Assembly: GCA_964519225.1 (NCBI GenBank)
Contig: CAZFJK010000008.1
Coordinates: forward strand, 1-36,875
Source: an uncultured Methanosarcinales archaeon
Lineage (GTDB): Archaea > Nanobdellota > Nanobdellia > Woesearchaeales > B54-G15
Direction of reading: 5' to 3'
Length of the DNA stretch: 36,875 nucleotides
In this document: in pieces, positions 27,718 to 36,236 of the stretch
Layout: the number at the start of each line of letters is the position of its first letter
Position numbering within the stretch: the stretch's first letter is position 1
Program-made: the position numbers and the translations under genes
The notes under the pieces: model-generated
The model's database searches: none
Seen by the model: the letters and a program-made list of their open reading frames with translations, nothing else
Told to the model about the DNA's origin: nothing

Positions 27718-28683
27718 ATGCAAAAGTTAAATATTAAGCATAAATTAGTTTCTTTGCCTGAGGCTGAGAAAATAAGATTCAAACAGGCATTTGTTGAAAG
27801 ATATTCTGCACTTACTGATTGGGAAACCTTCAAAAGGTATTCGCTCTCTTACTTAAGAAAAAGCATAAGAGTGAATCTGCTGAAAACCACGATTAAACGC
27901 GCAAAAGAGCTTTTAGCTGATTGGAAGCTTGAGATAATTCCCTGGTGTAAAGAAGGATTTTTTATCGAGCATAAAAGAGAAAAGAGGTTTGATATAGGAA
28001 ATACAAAAGCACATTTTCTTGGATATATCTTTGTTCAAGAAGCAGCTTCTATGATTCCGCCAATTGTGCTTGATCCAAAGCCACGCGAATTTGTGCTCGA
28101 TATGTGCGCTGCTCCTGGTAGCAAGACAACGCAGATGGCTGCAATGATGCGCAATACAGGATTGATTGTTGCAAACGATGTAACAGTAGACAGGATAAAG
28201 TTACTTGGAATGAATCTGCAACGTTGCGGTGTTAGCAATCATATCATTACAATAATGCCCGGGCAATCGATAAGGGATGTTGAATTTGATAGGATTCTTG
28301 TTGATGCGCCATGTTCAGCTACTGGTGCTATACGGAAAAGTCTGAGGGTTATTAAGGAATGGAATCAAAAAGCAATTAAAAGATTGAGTGGCTTGCAGAA
28401 AAAACTTATTTGTAAGGCGTTTCAGTTGTTAAAGCCGAAAGGAACACTTGTTTACAGCACATGTTCTGTTGAGCCTGAAGAGAATGAAGAGGTTGTTGAT
28501 TTTCTTTTGAGACGGTTTTCTAATGCAGAAGTTGAACGAATAAAGCTGAGAATAAATAGAAGCGAACCGATCACAATGTTTGAAAACAAAGAATATAGCG
28601 ATGAGGTGAAAAAGTGCCTGAGGATATGGCCTCAGGATAATGACACAGAAGGATTTTTTGTTGCTAAGATCGTAAAGAAATGA
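27718..28683 (+). CDS. RsmB/Nop2/NSUN family RNA m5C methyltransferase
   Basis: QEAASM.P, LDMCAAPGSKT, ILVDAPCS, YSTCS..PEENE, GFF.A; ATG 27718 lies right after the lysS stop. Confidence 0.95.
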   Translation: MQKLNIKHKLVSLPEAEKIRFKQAFVERYSALTDWETFKRYSLSYLRKSIRVNLLKTTIKRAKELLADWKLEIIPWCKEGFFIEHKREKRFDIGNTKAHFLGYIFVQEAASMIPPIVLDPKPREFVLDMCAAPGSKTTQMAAMMRNTGLIVANDVTVDRIKLLGMNLQRCGVSNHIITIMPGQSIRDVEFDRILVDAPCSATGAIRKSLRVIKEWNQKAIKRLSGLQKKLICKAFQLLKPKGTLVYSTCSVEPEENEEVVDFLLRRFSNAEVERIKLRINRSEPITMFENKEYSDEVKKCLRIWPQDNDTEGFFVAKIVKK

Positions 28684-30013
28684 ATTCTTTTAGGCGTTTT
28701 GCAAGTGCTTTTTTTCCGCGCTCTGCATTTTCTTTTATCGTTTTTGGATTGATTGGTGGAATCGCATTTGTGAATAAACAGCAAAACTCATCGAAGTTCA
28801 GACTATGTCTTTGAAAGGTTTTGGTTATTGCTTTTGCTCTCTTAGAAAAACAATCTCTAACTTCATCAACTACTTCTCCTGCATATTGTTGCAGATCTTG
28901 ATGAAGTTCTGCTATGCAACTTGGAAGTGATTGGTAGTAAGGAATTATATTTCCAAGTTCTGGCATTCCTTGTTGTTTGAATTGCTCGATCATTTTCCAA
29001 TGCGGATATGTTTCAGGTGAAAGCATGGCTTGTGCTAAGGCAAGATCATACCAGCTATCGACGTCCATCAATCTTGTAACGTCATTGTGTCTTGCTTTCA
29101 CTATGATTGGTTTTTTTGTTAGTACCTTTCCTGCTGCTTGAAGTGGTGCTCTTGAGATTGGAACTTTTGCAAGGCCAAAGTATGAAAACAGTATGCCTGT
29201 TAAAGTTGGTAGAACCCCTATTAAATTTAATGGGCTTCTTAGTAGGGCTTTTGTGGTAGCAAGGATATACTTTCCATGTTTTCTGTTTGAATACATTAAA
29301 TCAAATGCATTTAGGTTTATTTCCTTAAACTTTCCTATAATTAGATTGGGTTCTTTTGTTATGTATACGCGTTTGTCTCTAAAAGGAAAGTAATAATTTC
29401 TTGGCCAGAAATTGTTTTCTGGTTCAAAATTTTCTTTTGCATTGAAGTCCATAACTGCATATGCTTTCTTGATGCCTGCATCTTGGAGTGCTGAGCAAAG
29501 GTCATAGAAGAATGGCAGGTCTGCTGGAACAAAAGCGAATAATGCGTTGTTTGAGAAATCACGCGATGCTAGGCGAATATTTTCACCGATTGATTTTCCT
29601 TCTTGGACATGCTTGTAGTTTGTTCCGAATAGTTTGTTGAAAACACCAACAATGGCTTTGACATGTTTATTTCCAATGACGCGGCATTCGATGCCTTCTC
29701 TGTTTAAATCGGCAAGATTGCATAGTGCATAAACGATTAGCGGCACACCATGAAGCAAGCAATCAGTGAATTTATTGCAAGAAAATCCGTTTTCTTCTGG
29801 TTTAAATCGATAGATGTTTGCGCTTATACATTCTTTTCCTTTTGCTGCATACCAAGCTGCTCCCCAAACAGCTTCTTCTACTGCGCTTTTTCGCGATGGG
29901 AATTCATCATAGCCTGCGCTTATGATTATGCAGTCTGGTTTTGTTTGGTATCTTTTCGAAGATGCCAATAAGTCAGTAAGTTCATATGCGTGTTCAGGAG
30001 GAAAACAAAACAT
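28664..30013 (-). CDS. Divergent MobA-like NTP transferase (GT-A fold) with a C-terminal extension
   Basis: CIIISAG, K...L.G.PLI.Y, VPADLPF, DVDS..DL; ATG 30013 is preceded by GGGGTG. Confidence 0.6.
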   Translation of the reverse strand: MFCFPPEHAYELTDLLASSKRYQTKPDCIIISAGYDEFPSRKSAVEEAVWGAAWYAAKGKECISANIYRFKPEENGFSCNKFTDCLLHGVPLIVYALCNLADLNREGIECRVIGNKHVKAIVGVFNKLFGTNYKHVQEGKSIGENIRLASRDFSNNALFAFVPADLPFFYDLCSALQDAGIKKAYAVMDFNAKENFEPENNFWPRNYYFPFRDKRVYITKEPNLIIGKFKEINLNAFDLMYSNRKHGKYILATTKALLRSPLNLIGVLPTLTGILFSYFGLAKVPISRAPLQAAGKVLTKKPIIVKARHNDVTRLMDVDSWYDLALAQAMLSPETYPHWKMIEQFKQQGMPELGNIIPYYQSLPSCIAELHQDLQQYAGEVVDEVRDCFSKRAKAITKTFQRHSLNFDEFCCLFTNAIPPINPKTIKENAERGKKALAKRLKEFISLRS

Positions 30014-30088
30014 TGGACCACCCCACACTTTACTGAAATCTATATAGATTATATTTTTTATATTTTTTGGAGAGAAAGATTTAAAAAG

Positions 30089-30188
30089 NNNNNNNNNNNN
30101 NNNNNNNNNNNNNNNNNNNNNNNNNNNNNNNNNNNNNNNNNNNNNNNNNNNNNNNNNNNNNNNNNNNNNNNNNNNNNNNNNNNNNNNN
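30089..30188. other. Assembly gap (100 N)
   Basis: Run of N. Confidence 1.
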
Positions 30189-30217
30189 ATTTTCTTTTTT
30201 TCATTTTTTGATATAAA

Positions 30218-30290
30218 TGGGCCCGCCCGGAATCGAACCGGGGACCTTCTCCGCGTGAGGGAGACGTCATAGCCACTAGACTACGGGCCC
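30218..30290 (-). tRNA. tRNA-Val(CAC), intronless
   Basis: GGGCCCG...CGGGCCC+A; anticodon arm TCTCC-CT-CAC-GC-GGAGA; TTCGATT loop. Confidence 0.97.
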
Positions 30291-30344
30291 TTGAAAAGAA
30301 AGCAGGAACAAAGTTTAAAAATTTTCTTCTAAGATATTTAGTTT

Positions 30345-30428
30345 ATGGCTAAAATTGGGTGCGTAAATAAAGAAAAGAACTTGAATATTTGCCCGTGTAG
30401 TTATCCGGATTGTGATAAAAAGGGTTTG
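30345..30428 (+). pseudogene. Truncated small Cys-rich protein (resembles the DUF6485-type C.C.Y..C..KG.CC family)
   Basis: MAKIGCVNKEKNLNICPCSYPDCDKKGL; the resemblance stops at the 3' end of the convergent SemiSWEET gene. Family assignment is from memory. Confidence 0.5.
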
Positions 30429-30431
30429 TTA

Positions 30432-30686
30432 TTAATGATAGAGGAAGTATCCAATAAGCACAAGCAAGACACCGATTATACCGATGCTAAAACTAATGGC
30501 AATAACAAATAATTGGTTTACGATGCCATAGATCAGCCATATTACCCCACCAAAAAACAGGAGAAAAAAAGTTACTGGTGAAATATCTTTGCATTGCTTT
30601 CTTTTTAATATCTTAAATGCTTGAGGATAATAGGATAATGACATTATTATCCCGGTTATTAAAGTAATTATCGATAGCAAATCCAT
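30432..30686 (-). CDS. SemiSWEET / PQ-loop transporter
   Basis: 84 aa, 3 TM segments, YPQ..KI.K.K...DIS, WLIYG. Confidence 0.88.
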   Translation of the reverse strand: MDLLSIITLITGIIMSLSYYPQAFKILKRKQCKDISPVTFFLLFFGGVIWLIYGIVNQLFVIAISFSIGIIGVLLVLIGYFLYH

Positions 30687-30690
30687 TTTT

Positions 30691-31911
30691 CTATGGTGAA
30701 AATCTGATTTCTTTTAAAATTTGTTCGAAATTCTTTTTTGTTTGGTTGTGCTTATATTCTTTTGCTCTGTGAAGCATAATGCCTTTGTCTATAAAAATAC
30801 CTTTTTCTTCAAGCAGTCTTATCATTTTAGTTGTGATCAAGTATTGACAGAATTGAGTTATATTTTTTGGTTTTTGCGTTTTGTGCGCTCGTTCAAAATC
30901 TATTAACGTAACGGTTGGCTTCTTTCTTCTTAATCCTATGATAATATGTTTTCGTGGATGATGCATTTCTTCTTTGTTTATTTTAAGTTGATCTAGTTTT
31001 CTGCATTTCTTAAAAATGGCGAAAAGTATTTTTTTGATAATCTCGACATTATTAGTTGACCTTATGAATTCCTCAATCGGTTTGCCGTCGATAAACTCGA
31101 TGACAAGATAGTTTTTTGCTTTAAAGTAGAATTTTGGTCCAATGCCGTAGCGGTTAAGCAATTTTAGATACTTTGCCTCATTTTCTATTGTTTTCAGAGC
31201 GGCTGATTGAGGAATCTTACGCTTTATGCAAACTTGCTTTCCTTTATAATAACCTTTGTATATCCAGCCCCTCTTTCCTTTTGCAAAATAAACTATCTGT
31301 CTTAAACCATGTTTTTCTGCGTCTTTTAAGAACTTGCTTTTGACGATTTTGTAAAGAAAAAGGGTTTCAAAGAACAGCTTTTTGCGATCGAGTTCATCTG
31401 CAATAAAACAATGCTCTTCAATAAGCTTATCTACTTTGTGTTTTTTTGAAAGTGTTGAAAACACAAGAAGTATTACGCCGTTTGGATTAAGAAAAGAACT
31501 TGCATCTAGGAGAAATCTTTCTATAAGTTCGTAGCCGTGTTTTCCACCAGAAATCTGTAGTGCAAGTTCTTTTGGCTCTGATGGATGTGTTGGTAGATAT
31601 GGAGGATTGAATAAGATTAAGTCGAACTTGGGCTTCTTTTTAGCTTTTTGTTTAAAAGCTGAAAAAAGATCTGAGCGTAAGAAAACAATGTTTTTTGTAT
31701 TGGCTTTCTTTGCATTTTGTTTTGCTACTGCAAGGGCTTTCTTTGAAATATCCACTGCATAAACTTTTTTTGCATATTTTGCAGCTTCAATAGCAAGGAT
31801 TCCTGTTCCTGTACCTAAGTCGAGAACTATTTTGTTTTTAGCAAAATTTTTGATGTGTTTTAAAATCAAAAAAGAGTCTTCTCTTGGTTCATAAACATCA
31901 ATTCCAGTCAT
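30691..31911 (-). CDS. HemK2/PrmC-type glutamine methyltransferase fused to a C-terminal protein-kinase-like domain
   Basis: VYEP.EDS, LDLGTGTG, FNPPYLP, FFE; then AKGKRG, VCIK, NEA..L, EFIDG, LIDFE. Confidence 0.88.
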   Translation of the reverse strand: MTGIDVYEPREDSFLILKHIKNFAKNKIVLDLGTGTGILAIEAAKYAKKVYAVDISKKALAVAKQNAKKANTKNIVFLRSDLFSAFKQKAKKKPKFDLILFNPPYLPTHPSEPKELALQISGGKHGYELIERFLLDASSFLNPNGVILLVFSTLSKKHKVDKLIEEHCFIADELDRKKLFFETLFLYKIVKSKFLKDAEKHGLRQIVYFAKGKRGWIYKGYYKGKQVCIKRKIPQSAALKTIENEAKYLKLLNRYGIGPKFYFKAKNYLVIEFIDGKPIEEFIRSTNNVEIIKKILFAIFKKCRKLDQLKINKEEMHHPRKHIIIGLRRKKPTVTLIDFERAHKTQKPKNITQFCQYLITTKMIRLLEEKGIFIDKGIMLHRAKEYKHNQTKKNFEQILKEIRFSP

Positions 31912-33880
31912 TTTTCAATTAAAATAGCTTTTTTGATTTTTAATTCTGCAACATGCGCTGATTCTTCGATTATTTCATACTTTAGTATTTTTATTCTTTT
32001 TTTGAAAAGAGGACAATCCAATACAAAGGTTTCAAATTCGCCTCCTTCGCCAGCAACATTTATTGCAAATCTTTCTTTTAGCTCAAGCAGATGTTCAATT
32101 ATTTTAGTTGAAATCTTTTTTCCCAGCCAGTTTTTATTGAAACCTTCTGCTGCTACTTTTGTTATTATAACCTCAAATCCTTCTTCAAGCAGCTCCATCA
32201 TTTCTGTTTCTTGGTTTATATGCCATAGGGGTGAGAACATCTTTAAGCCTAGCGCATCGCATATGCGTTCTATTCTATTGCGTTGATACTTGCTATACAA
32301 AGCACCGTTTACTACGCCTTTGATGTTAAATTTTTTCTGCGCTTCTTTTAGTGCCGAAAACAAATCCTTTAATTCTTCTTCGGGTTTGCCTTTGGTTTGT
32401 TTTAAGATTATAGGAATATCGGCTGCTTTTGCCTGAAGCTTTACCCATTTTGTATTTGGTGTGTGATACATAAAAGAATCTGGATTTTCGCTTTGGATTG
32501 TTACAAAGCATTTTATATCGTAATTTAACTTGTGCATGATATAGGCTGCGTATAGGCTATCTTTTCCTCCACTTATTAATGCAGCGAGAGGCAAATTTTC
32601 ATGATGGTAAATGCTTTTCAAATAGTCTCTCATGTATTTGAAGCTATGCTTTTTTGCAAGTTTATTTATGGCTTTCAAAGATAATGAGCCGTACTGAGTC
32701 GCTCTTTTCTTTCGCCATACAACAAAATCAGGCAGTATATTCTGATATGCTTTTCTTAGAATATATTTTTTGATATTGTTTTTTAGTTTAAGATTTCCTG
32801 GAATTCTCAATGCGAATTTTACAAGTGCCTGATCAAGAAAAGGGAGTCTTAGATCAAGATTATGATACATAGAGATTACATCATCTCTATACAGGTCACG
32901 TTCGTAAATATTAATTAAACCTGAAAGGCATTCTATATTAATGTTCGCAGCGCTTTTGGCTCTTTTATGTCGTGCATAACCAGCAAAGATTTCTTCGCTA
33001 CCTAGACCAGAAAAAATAACTTTGCAGCCATCTGTTTTTGCTCTCTTGCATGCTGCATAAAAAGTTAATCCTACTGCGTTTTTTGTAACATTTGAGTCTT
33101 CGATCAAAGGAACGCTCTGCTTTAACGTGTTTTCTACCTGAGCTAAATTCAAAGGAATCACTTTTAATTTCAGGCCGAGCTTGGTAGCGACTTTTTTCGC
33201 AAAGATAAGGTCCTCTGGCGGCTTGAGCGATTCGTGTTTAAAATAAGCACAGTAACACCTGAAATCATAACCAATATCTAAAAGTTCTTTTGCAATTATA
33301 GTTGAGTCTATACCACCTGAAAAAAGCAAGCCAAATTTTGCTTTTGGTACTCTTTTTTCAATGGCTTCTCTTATGAGCCTGCGTAGCTTTTTAGCTATAG
33401 CTTCTTCTGAAGCTTTTATTTCGGGCTTTACTGAAAAAAACTTTCTTTCGTAAAATTGGATTCTGTTATTTATAAGATCGTAGATTAGAATTTTCCTAGG
33501 ATTAAGCTCATTGACATCAAGATAATTGTTTTTTTCAAGTGCTTTTTTTTCAGAAGCGAATGCAAAACCCTCGCTATGACTAAACCAAAGGGGTTTTACA
33601 CCTATTGTATCGCGAGCTAGGATAAGTTGGTTGTTTCTGAGATAGCAAAAGGCATAAATGCCATCAAGCATAGTAAGGACCTTTTTAACAGGAAAGCATT
33701 CTAGCAGGAAAAAAATTGTTTCTGCGTCGTTTCTTGCATTAAGATTGAATCGTTGATTTAGCTCTTTCCAGTTATATATTTCACAGTCGGCTGTGAATAT
33801 GCCTTTACCAATAAAAGGCTGTCTTATTTTTCTACCAGTGATTGAATGAAGGCAATGCGCTATGGCATGTTTATTTGAAT
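31908..33880 (-). CDS. Asparagine-synthetase-like (AsnB) protein fused to diphthine--ammonia ligase (Dph6); 5' end lies in the gap
   Basis: The frame stays open upstream of 33671 to the gap (HCLHSI..RQP..DCEIYNW..NDAE..LDG.YAF..ARD..GVKPL). AsnB: FSGGIDS, SGLGSEEIFAGY, LPFLD. Dph6: SGGKDS, S.MYH, GA..S.YQ, PLW, GEGGEFETFVLD.PLF. Confidence 0.9.
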
Positions 33881-33980
33881 NNNNNNNNNNNNNNNNNNNN
33901 NNNNNNNNNNNNNNNNNNNNNNNNNNNNNNNNNNNNNNNNNNNNNNNNNNNNNNNNNNNNNNNNNNNNNNNNNNNNNNNN
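33881..33980. other. Assembly gap (100 N)
   Basis: Run of N. Confidence 1.
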
Positions 33981-34212
33981 TTTTTCTATATTCCACTACC
34001 TTTTCTCTCAGCTCATCACTTTTTATTGGTTTTTCTGATTTTAGAAGTATCAGCAAAATGTCTATGATTATGTCCCTGCTATCGCCAGGTTGGAGCAGAC
34101 CTAAGCTAAGGCAGAATTTTTTAACAAGATCTCTTTGGTTTTCGGTGCTTGGTTTTTCGTATTTTCGCAGTGTGATTTCAGTTAAAGGAAGTTCTTTGAA
34201 TGTATTTGCCAT
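33981..34212 (-). CDS. Conserved archaeal putative winged-HTH regulator, truncated by the gap
   Basis: EITLRKYEKP...FCLSLGLL.PGDSRD.I.DIL, then PIKSDEL leading into a probable HTH. Confidence 0.6.
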
Positions 34213-34244
34213 AAGGATTGAATACAGTGGTCATATAAAAATTA

Positions 34245-34328
34245 TGCGGGGGATGGGATTCGAACCCATGAAGGCGCTAAGCCACACGGCCCTGAACCGT
34301 GCCCCTTTGGCCGCTCGGGCACCCCCGC
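34245..34328 (-). tRNA. tRNA-Leu(CAG), intronless, long variable arm
   Basis: GCGGGGG...CCCCCGC+A; anticodon arm CACGG-TT-CAG-GG-CCGTG; ATGGG-TTCGAAT-CCCAT. Confidence 0.97.
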
Positions 34329-34385
34329 ATCTATTGCAAGCTTAAGACCAAAATAATTAAAAAGAGATTAAAAAGGTTTGCCAAA

Positions 34386-35333
34386 ATGGAAAAGAAATAT
34401 GGGAAAGCAGCAGTACTTGGTGCTGGTAGGATTGGAAGGCGGCACTGTGAGATTTATGGTGAACTTTCTAAGGAGCATGGAATAGAAGAAATAATTTTTA
34501 GCAGGAGGACACCAAAAAATGTTGCACTGACAGAAGAGGCGCTTAGGGAATACTTTAAAAGAAAGAACATTGAAGTTGTAGTAAAAGGATTTACTGGGAT
34601 TGATGAAGTTCTTGAACAAAGACCAGATGTTATTAGCATTTGCACGCCAACCGATTTTCATGTCGAACATTTAGAAACCGTTCTGAAAAAGTGCGAAAAA
34701 GCAATTGTATACTGTGAAAAACCCTTGTGTAGGCCTGATCAATTAAATCGTGTAAGTGAATTAGTTGAAAGAAGCGAGGATAAGCTCTGTGTCGGGTTGC
34801 AACTATATTTTTGTTATCCGCTGATAAAGAAATATCTTCAGAAAGATTCTGAAATAGATATAGTGTGGAGCAGTGTTCCGAGTAAAAAAGAGAATAGTGT
34901 TGAAGAACTTGTGGTGGATCTTGGACCGCATGTTGTTTGTCTAGTCCAAGAAGCTATAATAAAAGATGAGTTTGGATTAGTAAAAGTTGTTCGTTCAAGA
35001 ACAGAGCCAAAGGTTTGTTTTGAAAACAGAGATATTAGGATGGAACTATCTTACAAACAAAATAGAAAAGATGTTATGAGATATATCAGAGTAAAGGACA
35101 AAGACAATGAAGTAAAGATAGTTTATGGAGGATACAATACAAGAAAAGGATGGAGATGTTGTTTGTTTATTGAAAGGAAAAAACAGGAAAAGATTGTTGC
35201 TAGATATAGTTTTCTTTTGGACGACCTGCTCAAAACAGCTATTGAGAAATTCCTCTCAAGAAAAGGTTTTGTAAGTGGGATGAAAGGATTGAGGAATGTG
35301 GAATTGGTGAGTAAGCTTTGTAGTTCCCTTTAA
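34386..35333 (+). CDS. Gfo/Idh/MocA family NAD(P)-dependent oxidoreductase
   Basis: GAGRIG..H, D...ICTP...H, CEKP, DLGPH. ATG 34386 is chosen because the ORF-track start overlaps tRNA-Leu. Confidence 0.85.
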   Translation: MEKKYGKAAVLGAGRIGRRHCEIYGELSKEHGIEEIIFSRRTPKNVALTEEALREYFKRKNIEVVVKGFTGIDEVLEQRPDVISICTPTDFHVEHLETVLKKCEKAIVYCEKPLCRPDQLNRVSELVERSEDKLCVGLQLYFCYPLIKKYLQKDSEIDIVWSSVPSKKENSVEELVVDLGPHVVCLVQEAIIKDEFGLVKVVRSRTEPKVCFENRDIRMELSYKQNRKDVMRYIRVKDKDNEVKIVYGGYNTRKGWRCCLFIERKKQEKIVARYSFLLDDLLKTAIEKFLSRKGFVSGMKGLRNVELVSKLCSSL

Positions 35334-35630
35334 CTAATTTCTATAATTAATTTGTGATCTTCTGGGTGTACGTAAGCTTCCTTTCCTTCTTTCAGCTTAA
35401 GATAATCGGCAATTTTCTTCGGAATCCGTATAGTTAATGAGCCTCCGGTTTTAGTAATTTTAGTTGTAGTACCAAGGCCCATAAACCTTTTTTCTTAATC
35501 GTAGTTTCATTTTTTTCATTGTTTTTGAATCCATAAATGCCTCACCGCACTCTGGACAAACTCTCTCGCATTTTTGACATTTTTACCACCTTGGTTTAAC
35601 GGTGATTATGAAAACTTCTTCAACTTCGAC
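35330..35630 (-). pseudogene. Decayed toxin-antitoxin-like module: toxin C-terminal relic, frameshifted Zn-ribbon, and AbrB/MazE domain (intact 50-aa ORF at 35330-35482)
   Basis: MGLGTTTKITKTGGSLTIRIPKKIADYLKLKEGKEAYVHPEDHKLIIEIS; upstream out-of-frame KCQKC..CPECGEAF; further upstream VEEVFIITVKPRW*. Confidence 0.7.
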
Positions 35631-35663
35631 AAATATTTAAACTGAAAAACTTTCTTTTTGGGA

Positions 35664-36218
35664 ATGATCATAGCTATAAGTGGAAAACCAGGAAGCGGAA
35701 AAAGTACTGTTGCAAAGTTACTTGCTAAGAAGCTTGGTTTAAAACATTATTCTACTGGAGATTTTATGAGAAAACTCGCTGCTGAAAGAGGAATGAGTTT
35801 GATTGAGCTCAGCAAAATTGCAGAGAATGATTTTTCTATTGATGATGCAATAGATAGTTGGTTAAGAAGATTAGCAAAACAAGAAAAAGGTTTTGTGATT
35901 GATAGCAGACTTGCATTTCATTTTATCCCTGACGCTGTGAAAATTTATCTTGATGTTGATTTGGACATAGCAGCTAAAAGAATTTTTTCTGGTCCTGCGC
36001 GGGAAACTGAAAAAGCCGCGAGTATCGAAGCTCTCAAAGAAGAATTAAAACAAAGGATGGAGAGCGAAAGAAAAAGATACATAAAATACTATAACGTGGA
36101 TATCGATGATAAGTCTAATTATGATTTGGTTATAGACACATCAAACATTTCTGCTGAAGAAGTTGTTGAGAAGATAATCCGATTTTTGGGAACCAATAAG
36201 AAAAAGTTTAAAAAGTAA
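35664..36218 (+). CDS. cmk: Cytidylate kinase (archaeal type)
   Basis: IAISGKPGSGKST, G..MR..A..RG, ID..ID, DSRLA, RY..YY, YDLVIDTS. Confidence 0.93.
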   Translation: MIIAISGKPGSGKSTVAKLLAKKLGLKHYSTGDFMRKLAAERGMSLIELSKIAENDFSIDDAIDSWLRRLAKQEKGFVIDSRLAFHFIPDAVKIYLDVDLDIAAKRIFSGPARETEKAASIEALKEELKQRMESERKRYIKYYNVDIDDKSNYDLVIDTSNISAEEVVEKIIRFLGTNKKKFKK

Positions 36219-36236
36219 GCAAGGTGCGACTTTAGA

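Noticed and set aside
29990..30276. ORFs spanning the N-run and tRNA-Val
   Set aside because: Artefacts of the gap and of the tRNA sequence.
30291..30325. TATA at -29..-24 from mature tRNA-Val, suggesting leaderless tRNAs and no RNase P as in Nanoarchaeum
   Set aside because: The spacing is not reproduced for tRNA-Leu or tRNA-Asp, and the dicistronic Asp-Lys pair needs 5' processing.
33842..34385. Plus-strand 167-aa ORF and the extended N-terminus of the oxidoreductase
   Set aside because: They cross the gap or overlap tRNA-Leu and the minus-strand regulator; ATG 34386 is the plausible start.
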